From the IMG/VR virus record IMGVR_UViG_3300009503_000073: a DNA stretch of 33,164 bases. The stretch is one strand, 5' to 3'. This document shows, piece by piece, positions 23,668 through 30,924 of this stretch (position 1 is the first letter of the stretch; every line of letters starts with the position of its first letter). The translations under genes were made by a program, and so were the position numbers. Source of the stretch: a virus. The notes under the pieces are model-generated. The model saw only the letters and a program-made list of their open reading frames with translations, was not told where the DNA came from and ran no database searches.

Positions 23668-26405
23668 CGGCAGATTTGAGTATGGTCACACCGTTTACAG
23701 TTTTCACCCGGATTGGGCTTAAACTTGCGTTTAGTTATTTGCTCTACAACCTTTTGTGCATTTTGCTTCGCCTCAGCTAAGCGCTGCTCCGAGACGTCAA
23801 CAGGTTTTACGTCGGCATCATCAAGATACGCCACGGAACCACTGGAAACTGGCCTGCCCATAGTTTTCAAGCCTGCAGTGTAAAGCCGAATTTGAGTAGA
23901 AACCTCTTCCAGAGTCCGTGCTTCCTCTGAACTCTTATAATCCCTAACTTCCAACTCCCCACCGCTTCGCAGGATAACATCAACTTTACCCATTATAGTT
24001 GCGCTCGTAACACCTTCATCATGAATCGGAAACTCCAATCGGTACTCAACTTCTTCTATGCGCTTCAAGTCATCACCATACTTCTGGGTAAAAGCCACCA
24101 ACCGCTTCTTTGCACTATTCTTAAAGTTGTCAAGCACAACACCGCCAACAAACGGCATATGAAAATCCGCATCAACACTCGAAGCCACCGCACTAACCGG
24201 GCTATAACCTTCTTTAACAAGCTCACCAGCCCGCTTGAGACAATAATGCATACCATTACCATAACCGATAGCAGGATTAAGCTGCGGCTGATAACCCCAA
24301 AGCTCCCTCAACAAATACATATGCGGACAAATATCAAAAGTCACAATTTCGCCCGCAGAATAGGTCTGAATCTCATCCGACATCACGCCCGGACTAACAA
24401 CAATGGGCGGAATAGCCGCACCACCGCTAAGCGGCACAGCATTACGCAAATCCATATCATCAATAAACTGGCTCCTAGAAACACTCCGAGTTAACCTCTC
24501 AAAATGACTAACCACCAAAGCATCCCGCGCCCTAGTAATGGCAACATAAAACAGCCGCCGCTCATCCTCTTCACTGCCCTCATACCGGGCAACATCAAAC
24601 ATATCCCTAGGCACACCACACCAATTCTGCTCCCGCCCAACCATACAGGAAGGAAAACGCCTCGTCACAGTAGCGAACAGAAAAACAATAGGCCACTCCA
24701 ACCCCTTAGCTTGATGAACCGTCATAACCTGAACAGCATCAACTCCGCGAATATCATCCGAAGGCTGCTCCTCATAAGCAGCAATCGCATAGGTATTCAT
24801 AAACCAGCACAAACTCTTCAAATCCCGCTCCCAATCAGGACGGCGCCCACCAAAACGGTTAGCAGACTCAAAATCGGTAAGAAGATTATTAAACCTGCCC
24901 AAGTTAGCCATGACCGCCGCATCATTCCCGTTTTTGTAATCCAAATTGCGGTAACCCAAAGCCGTCAAAACATCATAGTAAATCTTGGTGAAATTGTCGT
25001 AAGAAGGCTTCACAGAATTCAGATCATCCTTAATCGCCCGAAGCTTTTTCTCCGCATCCCTCGGGTGACCATGAGTGTGCGCAGCATCCCAACAAGCTAA
25101 AGCCGCAGTCAACAAGTCATCGCCTTCAATTTTCTCACTCCAGTTATGTGCATCGGGAGTCCAAAAGCCTTCATTCCAGAACCAAGAAAATATCATACCA
25201 ACAGCTTGAGCTTCATCTCTCTTGAAAAGACCAACCTTCCCACCCACGATATATGGAATATGCCTTTCCTTCAACTCATCAATAAGAGGACCTGCGGAAG
25301 TGCTAACACTTCTCGTTAAAACTCCAAAATCCGAAAACTTCAACCCATCATTAGCCGTCATAAGTGCCTCAATTTGATTAACAATCCATATTGCCTCATT
25401 CTCGGGGCTCTCGTTGCTGGCAACAGCAACAAACCCTTCTTCAGACCTAGTGGGATCCATGGCATCATAATGCGCTCTGGTAAAGGTGCCTGCAAATTTG
25501 TTGGCGTTCCAAACAATGCGCTTCCCGCTTCTCCGATTCTCATTAATACTGACCAACTTTGCATCAGGAAATTTCTTGGAAAAATCAGAAAAGAACCGCT
25601 CATCCGAACCACGCCACTGATAAATGCTCTGCCGAGGATCACCAACAACAAACACGCTTCCGTTCTTACCTATGTACTCAATCAATTCAGCCTGCGCTCG
25701 ATTAATATCCTGATACTCATCAACAAGAAGATGCTTAACACCACTAAGCTTATCCGGAGCCTCTCTAAGCTTCAAAACTGCCTCATAAATAATCCTGCCA
25801 AAAGTCAACAACCTGTGCTCCCGCAAAAGCTCCTCATACCATTTCAATTTCCCAAAAAATTCAGGCGCCCGCTTCTCAAGCGCTTTCTCATCCAACATCT
25901 CATCCCAAGCCATGTTAACCGTCCGCAAAAAAGTCCGACAACATTCAGCATAAGAACCTCCCAACTTATGGATGCCCTTGTTCCAGCCGTGCCGCATCAG
26001 AAAAGCAATCTCTTGATTATCATCTAAGACATCATAATTGCCAAACCTAAAGTGATCTTCCAAAACTCTCTTGGCATAAGCATGAATAGTTCCAACGTAC
26101 ATCTCACCCAGATTAGCGGTCGCCGCCTCCCCGCAAATCTCACCAACACGCTGATAAACACGGCTTTTCATACTCTGAGCAGCCTTCTCAGTAAACGTGA
26201 AAGCCACAATCTCAGAAGGCTTCACACCCTCAACCGCAAGCAAATAAACAATCCGCCTAGTTAACGTCTCAGTCTTTCCAGCACCAGCCCCTGCAATAAC
26301 CCGATTATACCGAGACTTCGACAAAACCGCCTCTTCTTGGTCCTTCGACAAACGACTCGGTGTACTCAAAATCTTTTCAATCAAAGCAGACTCAACTGTA
26401 GCCAA
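23655..26405 (-). CDS. UvrD/PcrA-like SF1 helicase fused to a C-terminal PD-(D/E)XK nuclease with probable 4-Cys Fe-S cluster
   Basis: AGAGAGKT, LVDEYQD, VGDPRQSIYQWRG, NRRSG, TVHQAKGLEW, RRLFYVAITRA; nuclease GKVDV...VRDYKS; Cys in CPH and CKRCDHTQIC. Confidence 0.92.
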   Translation of the reverse strand: MATVESALIEKILSTPSRLSKDQEEAVLSKSRYNRVIAGAGAGKTETLTRRIVYLLAVEGVKPSEIVAFTFTEKAAQSMKSRVYQRVGEICGEAATANLGEMYVGTIHAYAKRVLEDHFRFGNYDVLDDNQEIAFLMRHGWNKGIHKLGGSYAECCRTFLRTVNMAWDEMLDEKALEKRAPEFFGKLKWYEELLREHRLLTFGRIIYEAVLKLREAPDKLSGVKHLLVDEYQDINRAQAELIEYIGKNGSVFVVGDPRQSIYQWRGSDERFFSDFSKKFPDAKLVSINENRRSGKRIVWNANKFAGTFTRAHYDAMDPTRSEEGFVAVASNESPENEAIWIVNQIEALMTANDGLKFSDFGVLTRSVSTSAGPLIDELKERHIPYIVGGKVGLFKRDEAQAVGMIFSWFWNEGFWTPDAHNWSEKIEGDDLLTAALACWDAAHTHGHPRDAEKKLRAIKDDLNSVKPSYDNFTKIYYDVLTALGYRNLDYKNGNDAAVMANLGRFNNLLTDFESANRFGGRRPDWERDLKSLCWFMNTYAIAAYEEQPSDDIRGVDAVQVMTVHQAKGLEWPIVFLFATVTRRFPSCMVGREQNWCGVPRDMFDVARYEGSEEDERRLFYVAITRARDALVVSHFERLTRSVSRSQFIDDMDLRNAVPLSGGAAIPPIVVSPGVMSDEIQTYSAGEIVTFDICPHMYLLRELWGYQPQLNPAIGYGNGMHYCLKRAGELVKEGYSPVSAVASSVDADFHMPFVGGVVLDNFKNSAKKRLVAFTQKYGDDLKRIEEVEYRLEFPIHDEGVTSATIMGKVDVILRSGGELEVRDYKSSEEARTLEEVSTQIRLYTAGLKTMGRPVSSGSVAYLDDADVKPVDVSEQRLAEAKQNAQKVVEQITKRKFKPNPGENCKRCDHTQICRWRK

Positions 26406-26548
26406 TTCAAATTAACCCCAGACTTGCATTAGCCTGATACCACAAATAGTCCCTCACAGATAATATGATTTACGCATTCCAACTCAACAACACGCAACCG
26501 ATGCATCATCGAAAATCTTAAACCACACATCCACCAAACAAAGCAAAC

Positions 26549-26699
26549 ATGAGTTCAACGAAGAAAAAAGCGCTTCTGCGAAGTCTGCGGCAAAGAAATA
26601 TCCCAGCAAGAGTACGAAGATTATGACGGGATGTGTTGGGAATGCTGGGACAACCAGCTAACCGAGGAATCCGACGCCATGTTCGGAGACCTAATTTAG
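26549..26699 (+). pseudogene. Zn-finger microprotein interrupted by one extra A in an A-run
   Basis: The frame with KRFCEVCGKEISQQEYEDYDGMCWECWDNQLTEESDAMFGDLI has no start. ATG 26549 joins it if the A6 run at 26564-26569 were A5. Confidence 0.55.
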
Positions 26700-26705
26700 A
26701 CTTTC

Positions 26706-26852
26706 CTAAACTTTTCCTGCCCGTGAAATCAAGTCTTCGATGACATCATTGAAGGTCTGGGCTTTTCCCGTTTTAACCATCCGCTCGCCCAGCAATCGCG
26801 TAAGCTTGCAGTAGACAGAAATTAGAATACTACAGAAAAATAGCAAGCCCAT
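26706..26852 (-). CDS. Possible small antitoxin/RHH-like protein, perhaps degenerate
   Basis: Read manually, 48 aa: ...KLTRLLGERMVKTGKAQTFNDVIEDLISRA resembles archaeal small DNA-binding/antitoxin proteins; the N-terminus is atypical. Confidence 0.35.
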   Translation of the reverse strand: MGLLFFCSILISVYCKLTRLLGERMVKTGKAQTFNDVIEDLISRAGKV

Positions 26853-26945
26853 CTCAGACTAGCTTCAGGATTGACAGGAACCCATATGAAATAGTTAAAC
26901 CTGAAAAGTTTCTCTATATCGGGTTCCCAGACGATATGTCGGAGA

Positions 26946-27194
26946 GTGAGGAAGATGGTTAGGTTCCAAAAACGTTGGACAAGTAGACGTTATAAGGGTA
27001 ACAATCGCCGCTACCCAATCTACTCCGTAAACTTCCCAGCAAAACTAAACGAAAACGTCGAAACTAAACGGAAAAAGGACTACGACCTGAAATGGTTAGA
27101 GCAGGAAACGGATGAAGAAGAGATAATTACTGTAACCTTCACAAGAAAGAAAACCAAAAGTCCCGCTCAAACTGTCAGTCCGCACAAATCGTAA
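26946..27194 (+). CDS. Small basic hypothetical protein (possibly AbrB-like)
   Basis: 82 aa, basic N-terminus, YSVNFPAKL beta-strand pattern; SD-like GGAG/GAGG upstream. Confidence 0.55.
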   Translation: MRKMVRFQKRWTSRRYKGNNRRYPIYSVNFPAKLNENVETKRKKDYDLKWLEQETDEEEIITVTFTRKKTKSPAQTVSPHKS

Positions 27195-27279
27195 TTTCTT
27201 AGAAACTGCTACCCCCCGCACAAAGAATTCTGGCAGCCGTTTGCCCTTTGTCTCAGCTAGAAATGTTATGGGAAAAACG

Positions 27280-27437
27280 TTGCTAGCACTAGAAAAACTC
27301 GAAAAAGACCTCGATAAAACTCGAGAAAAAGACGACTATAAACCACGCTTGCAACTAAATTTTTACATGAACCTGTCAATTTTGGCAACATAGCGGCTTT
27401 AACCGAATTTTGCCCAAGGGATTTCTAGCGCTAGCAA
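27280..27437. repeat. 16-bp inverted repeat enclosing CTCGA/A-tract repeats
   Basis: TTGCTAGCACTAGAAA (27280-27295) versus TTTCTAGCGCTAGCAA (27422-27437): 15/16 reverse-complementary. Confidence 0.7.
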
Positions 27438-27541
27438 AAATTTTCTCAAGACAAAGTAGCGAAAAAAACTAACACTAACGTGATAAGCTGGTTTCAGCGC
27501 CTAATTTTCTACCTTCAACCTCCTTAGCGGAGCTGACAAAT

Positions 27542-27949
27542 ATGGCGCAAACAAACAGAAAGGGCATACCGCTTCAACCATTCATCGGCAGAGGAGCCGC
27601 CCTAAACCGCGCCATAATCAGCACCCTGGAAGACAAGCAGCCTCAGACGACACGTCAAATAGGAAAGAACGTAACCAGCACAAGAAAGTTTAAAGGCACA
27701 AGCCTTTCCACCGTAAACAAAAGAGTAAGAAACCTTGAAGAACAGGGCTACCTCAGCAAAATCCAAGTTAAAGAAAGAATCGGCGGACCAACAAATTACT
27801 ACCAGCTGACACCCAAAGCGTACCTTGCCCGATTCATAGACAGCAACAGCATCGAAGACCTATTTGAAAAAATAAGCGGCGAAACTGCCCTAATACTTCT
27901 CGCAGACCTGGCGAACACCAAACTGGACAAGGAAACACAAAAACAGTGA
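27542..27949 (+). CDS. Winged-helix DNA-binding protein
   Basis: QTTRQIGKNV...SLSTVNKRVRNLEEQGYL...YYQLTPKA. Confidence 0.8.
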   Translation: MAQTNRKGIPLQPFIGRGAALNRAIISTLEDKQPQTTRQIGKNVTSTRKFKGTSLSTVNKRVRNLEEQGYLSKIQVKERIGGPTNYYQLTPKAYLARFIDSNSIEDLFEKISGETALILLADLANTKLDKETQKQ

Positions 27950-27985
27950 CTCCCACTCCATCAACTACCTTGTCTTCTGAAAAGT

Positions 27986-28348
27986 TCATCGTTCAACAAT
28001 ATGGTCGGTAAGACCATTTAAAATGCCAACGTAAACAGGCACGTATTTTCTAACGACAGGTTCAATCTGTTGAAGAACCACAAAAATCAGAGCCCTAAAC
28101 TTCACATCCTGCACGGACGCTTCCGGATAATTCTTTCGCATTCGACGCATGGCCTCAATTATGAAGCACTCAGCCTTCTCCGTAATATCGTACGTACCCA
28201 CGTCTGAGCCATCTTTCACCAAGCCATGCACCTTTAGCTCCCTGATGCACTCTTCAACTATCTTTTTAGTTACTTTCGCATGCATCTTCACTCTACCCTT
28301 CCTTCTGACAATCGACAGGATCAGAATCACTCGCTGGTCGGCTTGCAC
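27986..28348 (-). CDS. Hypothetical protein with a wHTH-like wing motif
   Basis: IRELKVHGLVKDGSDVGTYDITEKA; the real start may be the internal MHAK. Confidence 0.55.
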   Translation of the reverse strand: MQADQRVILILSIVRRKGRVKMHAKVTKKIVEECIRELKVHGLVKDGSDVGTYDITEKAECFIIEAMRRMRKNYPEASVQDVKFRALIFVVLQQIEPVVRKYVPVYVGILNGLTDHIVER

Positions 28349-28745
28349 TTTTTTTGGGCGCCTCTTTGAGAAACGGATACTTATCCTCTAAATGGCAACA
28401 CAACCCACCCACCATAGTCGCATAGACATCGAACATCTCAACCTTACTCTTCTTGCCAATCTTCGATTTCATTATCTCAAAGAGTATCTTCTCGTTGCGC
28501 CGTAAAAGCCTCTCAAGCTTGCGTCCTAAGGGTTGTTGAGACGGCGTTTCGTTAAAGATGCTTCTAACTGTCTTTTCTGTTCCCATATCTGTTCCCATTG
28601 TTCCCATGCCACTGTTCCCAATAGTGTGCTTTACAAACTTACGCTTTCCGTCAATATACTCATAATGAATGATTCTAACAGAATTGCCTCTTTGCTCCAC
28701 TATGCCTTCTCTACCACAAACAGAACAAACTGCTTTCATGCTCAC
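28293..28745 (-). CDS. Zn-ribbon protein resembling N-terminal fragments of archaeal split integrases
   Basis: CSVCG...IIHY...KH putative Zn ligands, then MGT repeats (GTTCCCA x4 on the plus strand); SD GAAGGTG. Relation to an integrase is inference. Confidence 0.55.
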   Translation of the reverse strand: MSMKAVCSVCGREGIVEQRGNSVRIIHYEYIDGKRKFVKHTIGNSGMGTMGTDMGTEKTVRSIFNETPSQQPLGRKLERLLRRNEKILFEIMKSKIGKKSKVEMFDVYATMVGGLCCHLEDKYPFLKEAPKKSASRPASDSDPVDCQKEG

Positions 28746-28752
28746 ACCTTCT

Positions 28753-28875
28753 TTAGTTTAATCCTTTCAGCTTATTCTCTATCAGTCTTGATAGGCTAAG
28801 ATTCTTCTCTTTCATTTCCTTCTGGAGTTCTGCTAACAACTGCTCATCGATTGAGATGTTTATTTTCTTTCTCAT
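28753..28875 (-). CDS. Ribbon-helix-helix (CopG-like) regulator, 40 aa
   Basis: Read manually: MRKKINISIDEQLLAELQKEMKEKNLSLSRLIENKLKGLN, a classic alternating beta-ribbon followed by LSRLIE. Confidence 0.8.
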   Translation of the reverse strand: MRKKINISIDEQLLAELQKEMKEKNLSLSRLIENKLKGLN

Positions 28876-28890
28876 GTTAACCATCTATCT

Positions 28891-28920
28891 AATAAGTAGT
28901 AATAAGTGGTATATTATAAT
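28891..28920 (-). promoter_or_regulatory. Promoter with a 10-bp tandem repeat (candidate RHH operator)
   Basis: AATAAGTAGT-AATAAGTGGT (28891-28910) between a TTATAAT box and the RHH start codon. Confidence 0.5.
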
Positions 28921-29132
28921 TAACCTTCGACATCTATTCGATAAATATTCCCCTGCTCACTAGAATTCTAAAAATTGCCTGTCCATAAAAGACGTTAAGA
29001 CCAACAAAACACAAACGTCACAGTATAATCATGCTTTCGGTTGCAATTAACAAAACGCTATCATAATCATACTTGACATTGTCGGTAATTGCATAGAAAT
29101 AGAAGGGATTCGTGCTAAAGCTATCGTAACCA

Positions 29133-29321
29133 TTATTCTTTAAATTTTCTCTTAAGGTAATAATACTGTAGAAAAGCTCCAACTCCAGCCAAACCAATGC
29201 CTATGAGAATTTCATTTTGATTATTTGTTTTAAGTCCATCGTATAAAAACCATAATCCACCAAGAATAAAAGCAGTTGTTGGAATTATTTTCATAAAGAT
29301 ATTAAGGCTAATTAATCCCAA
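29133..29321 (-). CDS. Small two-TM membrane protein
   Basis: 62 aa, two hydrophobic helices, basic C-terminus; AT-rich region. Confidence 0.6.
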   Translation of the reverse strand: MGLISLNIFMKIIPTTAFILGGLWFLYDGLKTNNQNEILIGIGLAGVGAFLQYYYLKRKFKE

Positions 29322-29332
29322 TAGTTACACCT

Positions 29333-29578
29333 TTAACTTTTAATTATTTTTCTTTTTGACAATCTATCATATATTCTTTCAGTTGCTTCAGTTAGAAGTG
29401 CTGCAATAAAACAAGTGCCACCAAAAATCCATATCCATCCAAATATGTTAGACATTGGAATTTTATCATAGTCTATTGTGCCAGCATAATTAGGTGTGTT
29501 ATAAGTTTGAAAAAACATTATCAAAGCTATGACGGTTAAATATAAGAAAAACAACCACCACATTCTCAAGTTTATCAC
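29333..29578 (-). CDS. Small two-TM membrane protein
   Basis: 81 aa, two hydrophobic helices, basic C-terminus; AT-rich region. Confidence 0.6.
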   Translation of the reverse strand: MINLRMWWLFFLYLTVIALIMFFQTYNTPNYAGTIDYDKIPMSNIFGWIWIFGGTCFIAALLTEATERIYDRLSKRKIIKS

Positions 29579-29768
29579 CTAAGACCTATTTCTATGCCAT
29601 GTAGATTTAAGCTTTCTCATGCTCTCTGAAAACCAATTCAAAAAATTACTCTAGCCGTAAAAGCCAATAGGCCAACAGAACCCAGACCGCATAGTATAAA
29701 CAGATGCTCTCAGTTGCAACAATAAAAAATAGAAGCTATGGGAACCAGCAACAGACCTCTTCTCACTT

Positions 29769-30056
29769 CTACTTCTTTTCTTTCTTAACAAGCCAAACCT
29801 CTGTAACTTTCTTCTTAGCGTCTCTTACTGTTTTTACATATAAGGATTCTTTCCATCCGAGCTTTTCTATTCTATCCTTCAATGCAACAGCTAAAGAATC
29901 TAGCGTCACATCATTAACTGATACCTGAACACTAGTTGCACTGCTTTTATTGAATGCCTTTATGTCGTCATCGTAACGCTCTCGTTTCCCATGCCTTACT
30001 ATTTTAACTTCTTTGTCCCAATTAGATGGTATTTCTTTGTGTGTTGCAGAATGATT
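29769..30056 (-). pseudogene. Start-less 95-codon ORF, probably a 5'-truncated small DNA-binding protein
   Basis: Stop-free frame ...KEIPSNWDKEVKIVRHGKRERYDDDIKAFNKSSATSVQVSV...LAVALKDRIEKLGW...VWLVKKEKK; no ATG, only internal GTG/TTG. Confidence 0.5.
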
Positions 30057-30250
30057 CTAGCGTATGTCTTAGCGTATTTTGCATTTACCCAGTTCTGAAA
30101 TTGATTCCAGTCAAGAAAAGATTTATCCATGCCATAGACATCATTACCGTTACACGTGCGGTCGTCGTCTAGCTGGTTTAGGACACAATAGTCATGTATC
30201 TGTGGAAGCCTTCCAAGCTTGCCATCCATACGCTCCTGCTCTGACACCAA
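29999..30250 (-). pseudogene. Truncated integrase-like ORF spanning the tRNA-derived att site
   Basis: Antisense read-through of the tRNA fragment (GKLGRLP...VLNQLDDDR), then LDWNQFQNWVNAKYAKTYARIILQHTKKY, resembling the start of the core region of archaeal tyrosine integrases; stops before any catalytic domain. Confidence 0.5.
30158..30227 (+). tRNA. 5' fragment (positions 1 to about 49) of tRNA-Gly(TCC) with a 19-nt non-canonical intron at 29/30; no T-arm or 3' acceptor strand
   Basis: GCGGTCG acceptor 5' strand; D-arm GTCT-AGCTGGTTTA-GGAC; anticodon arm CAA[TAGTCATGTATCTGTGGAA]GC-CTTCCAA-GCTTG; relaxed BHB geometry. Confidence 0.8.
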
Positions 30251-30393
30251 AACAATCCCCTCAAAGCTTTCACAAACTTCAACCTCACCCTAATTACAGA
30301 GCCATTTTCAGTGATTTAAGCAAATTTGCAAGAAAAAACGCAAACTAATCCGAGAATTCAACCCTTTACTCCTCAAGTTTACACATTGCCAGA

Positions 30394-30465
30394 CCCTGTT
30401 CTTTGAGAGGCACTTCAAAGTACCCGGTTCTTTGTGAAGCCCCTGAAAGATCCCTGTTCTTTGAG
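30394..30465 (+). repeat. Three 14-bp direct repeats at exact 29-bp period
   Basis: CCCTGTTCTTTGAG (30394), CCCGGTTCTTTGTG (30423), CCCTGTTCTTTGAG (30452). Confidence 0.85.
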
Positions 30466-30518
30466 GCTGCCAGAATTCCTTTATTTTCCTGCCACGACAC
30501 AGTTTTAGGTGATATGAA

Positions 30519-30758
30519 GTGGTCAACCTCGTGGATGAGTGGGAAGCCCTCGAAAAATACGCTGGCAACACGCCAGGACATTACCAGCTACTAGAGAATG
30601 AAAATAAAATTGAAGTTCGTATCTGGATTGGCAACTGCGGCATCAAAGCCGAGTTCGAAGCCAACGACCCCAAGCTGATGCGGGTTTTGGATTTCTGCTG
30701 GAAACACTGCACCAAGATTTGCGGAAACATCCCAGACAGCGAATTCTTCAACCCATAA
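30519..30758 (+). CDS. Hypothetical protein
   Basis: 79 aa, GTG start with SD AGGTGA; first gene of the rightward replication operon. Confidence 0.7.
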   Translation: MVNLVDEWEALEKYAGNTPGHYQLLENENKIEVRIWIGNCGIKAEFEANDPKLMRVLDFCWKHCTKICGNIPDSEFFNP

Positions 30759-30771
30759 CGGAGACAAGTGC

Positions 30772-30924
30772 ATGGCAGAAACAGAAGACAACCGAAAGGA
30801 GCTGACTCGCCTATTGCGTTCTATCGCCCGAGAAGTCGCCTACGAAGTCATAGACGAACACCTAGAAGACTACGAACACAAGCAGAAGAAGCCAGACGCA
30901 GCCGAGCTGGAGGGCGAGGCTTAA
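30772..30924 (+). CDS. Hypothetical 50-aa protein
   Basis: Read manually: MAETEDNRKELTRLLRSIAREVAYEVIDEHLEDYEHKQKKPDAAELEGEA; TAATG coupling to the next gene. Confidence 0.65.
   Translation: MAETEDNRKELTRLLRSIAREVAYEVIDEHLEDYEHKQKKPDAAELEGEA

Larger units (their letters stand above)
15181..26405. mobile_element. Defence island carried within the viral genome
   Basis: Five restriction/modification-related genes, mostly on the minus strand and convergent on the late operon; composition differs from the structural module. Confidence 0.7.

Noticed and set aside
24021-26027. Long plus-strand ORFs (24021-24494, 24504-25100, 25374-26027)
   Set aside because: Antisense shadows of the helicase-nuclease gene caused by its codon skew; I/T/N/H/P-rich low-information translations.
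23655-26405. Gabija GajB or CRISPR Cas4
   Set aside because: No OLD/TOPRIM GajA partner and no cas operon; the protein is a full SF1 helicase-nuclease fusion.
26564-26570. A AAA AAG -1 programmed frameshift
   Set aside because: Phase is wrong: reaching the Zn-finger frame from the ATG requires +1, not -1.
30158-30227. Complete functional tRNA-Gly gene
   Set aside because: No GGTTC-type T-arm or 3' acceptor strand follows; it is only a 5' fragment.
30394-30465. CRISPR mini-array
   Set aside because: Repeats of 14 bp and spacers of 15 bp are too short, the spacers resemble each other, and no cas genes or leader are present.
30308-30581. Minus-strand ORFs 30308-30571 and 30366-30581 as the integrase N-terminus
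   Set aside because: They cross the repeat array and overlap the 30519 gene antisense, are not in frame with the remnant through to 30250, and show no convincing motif.
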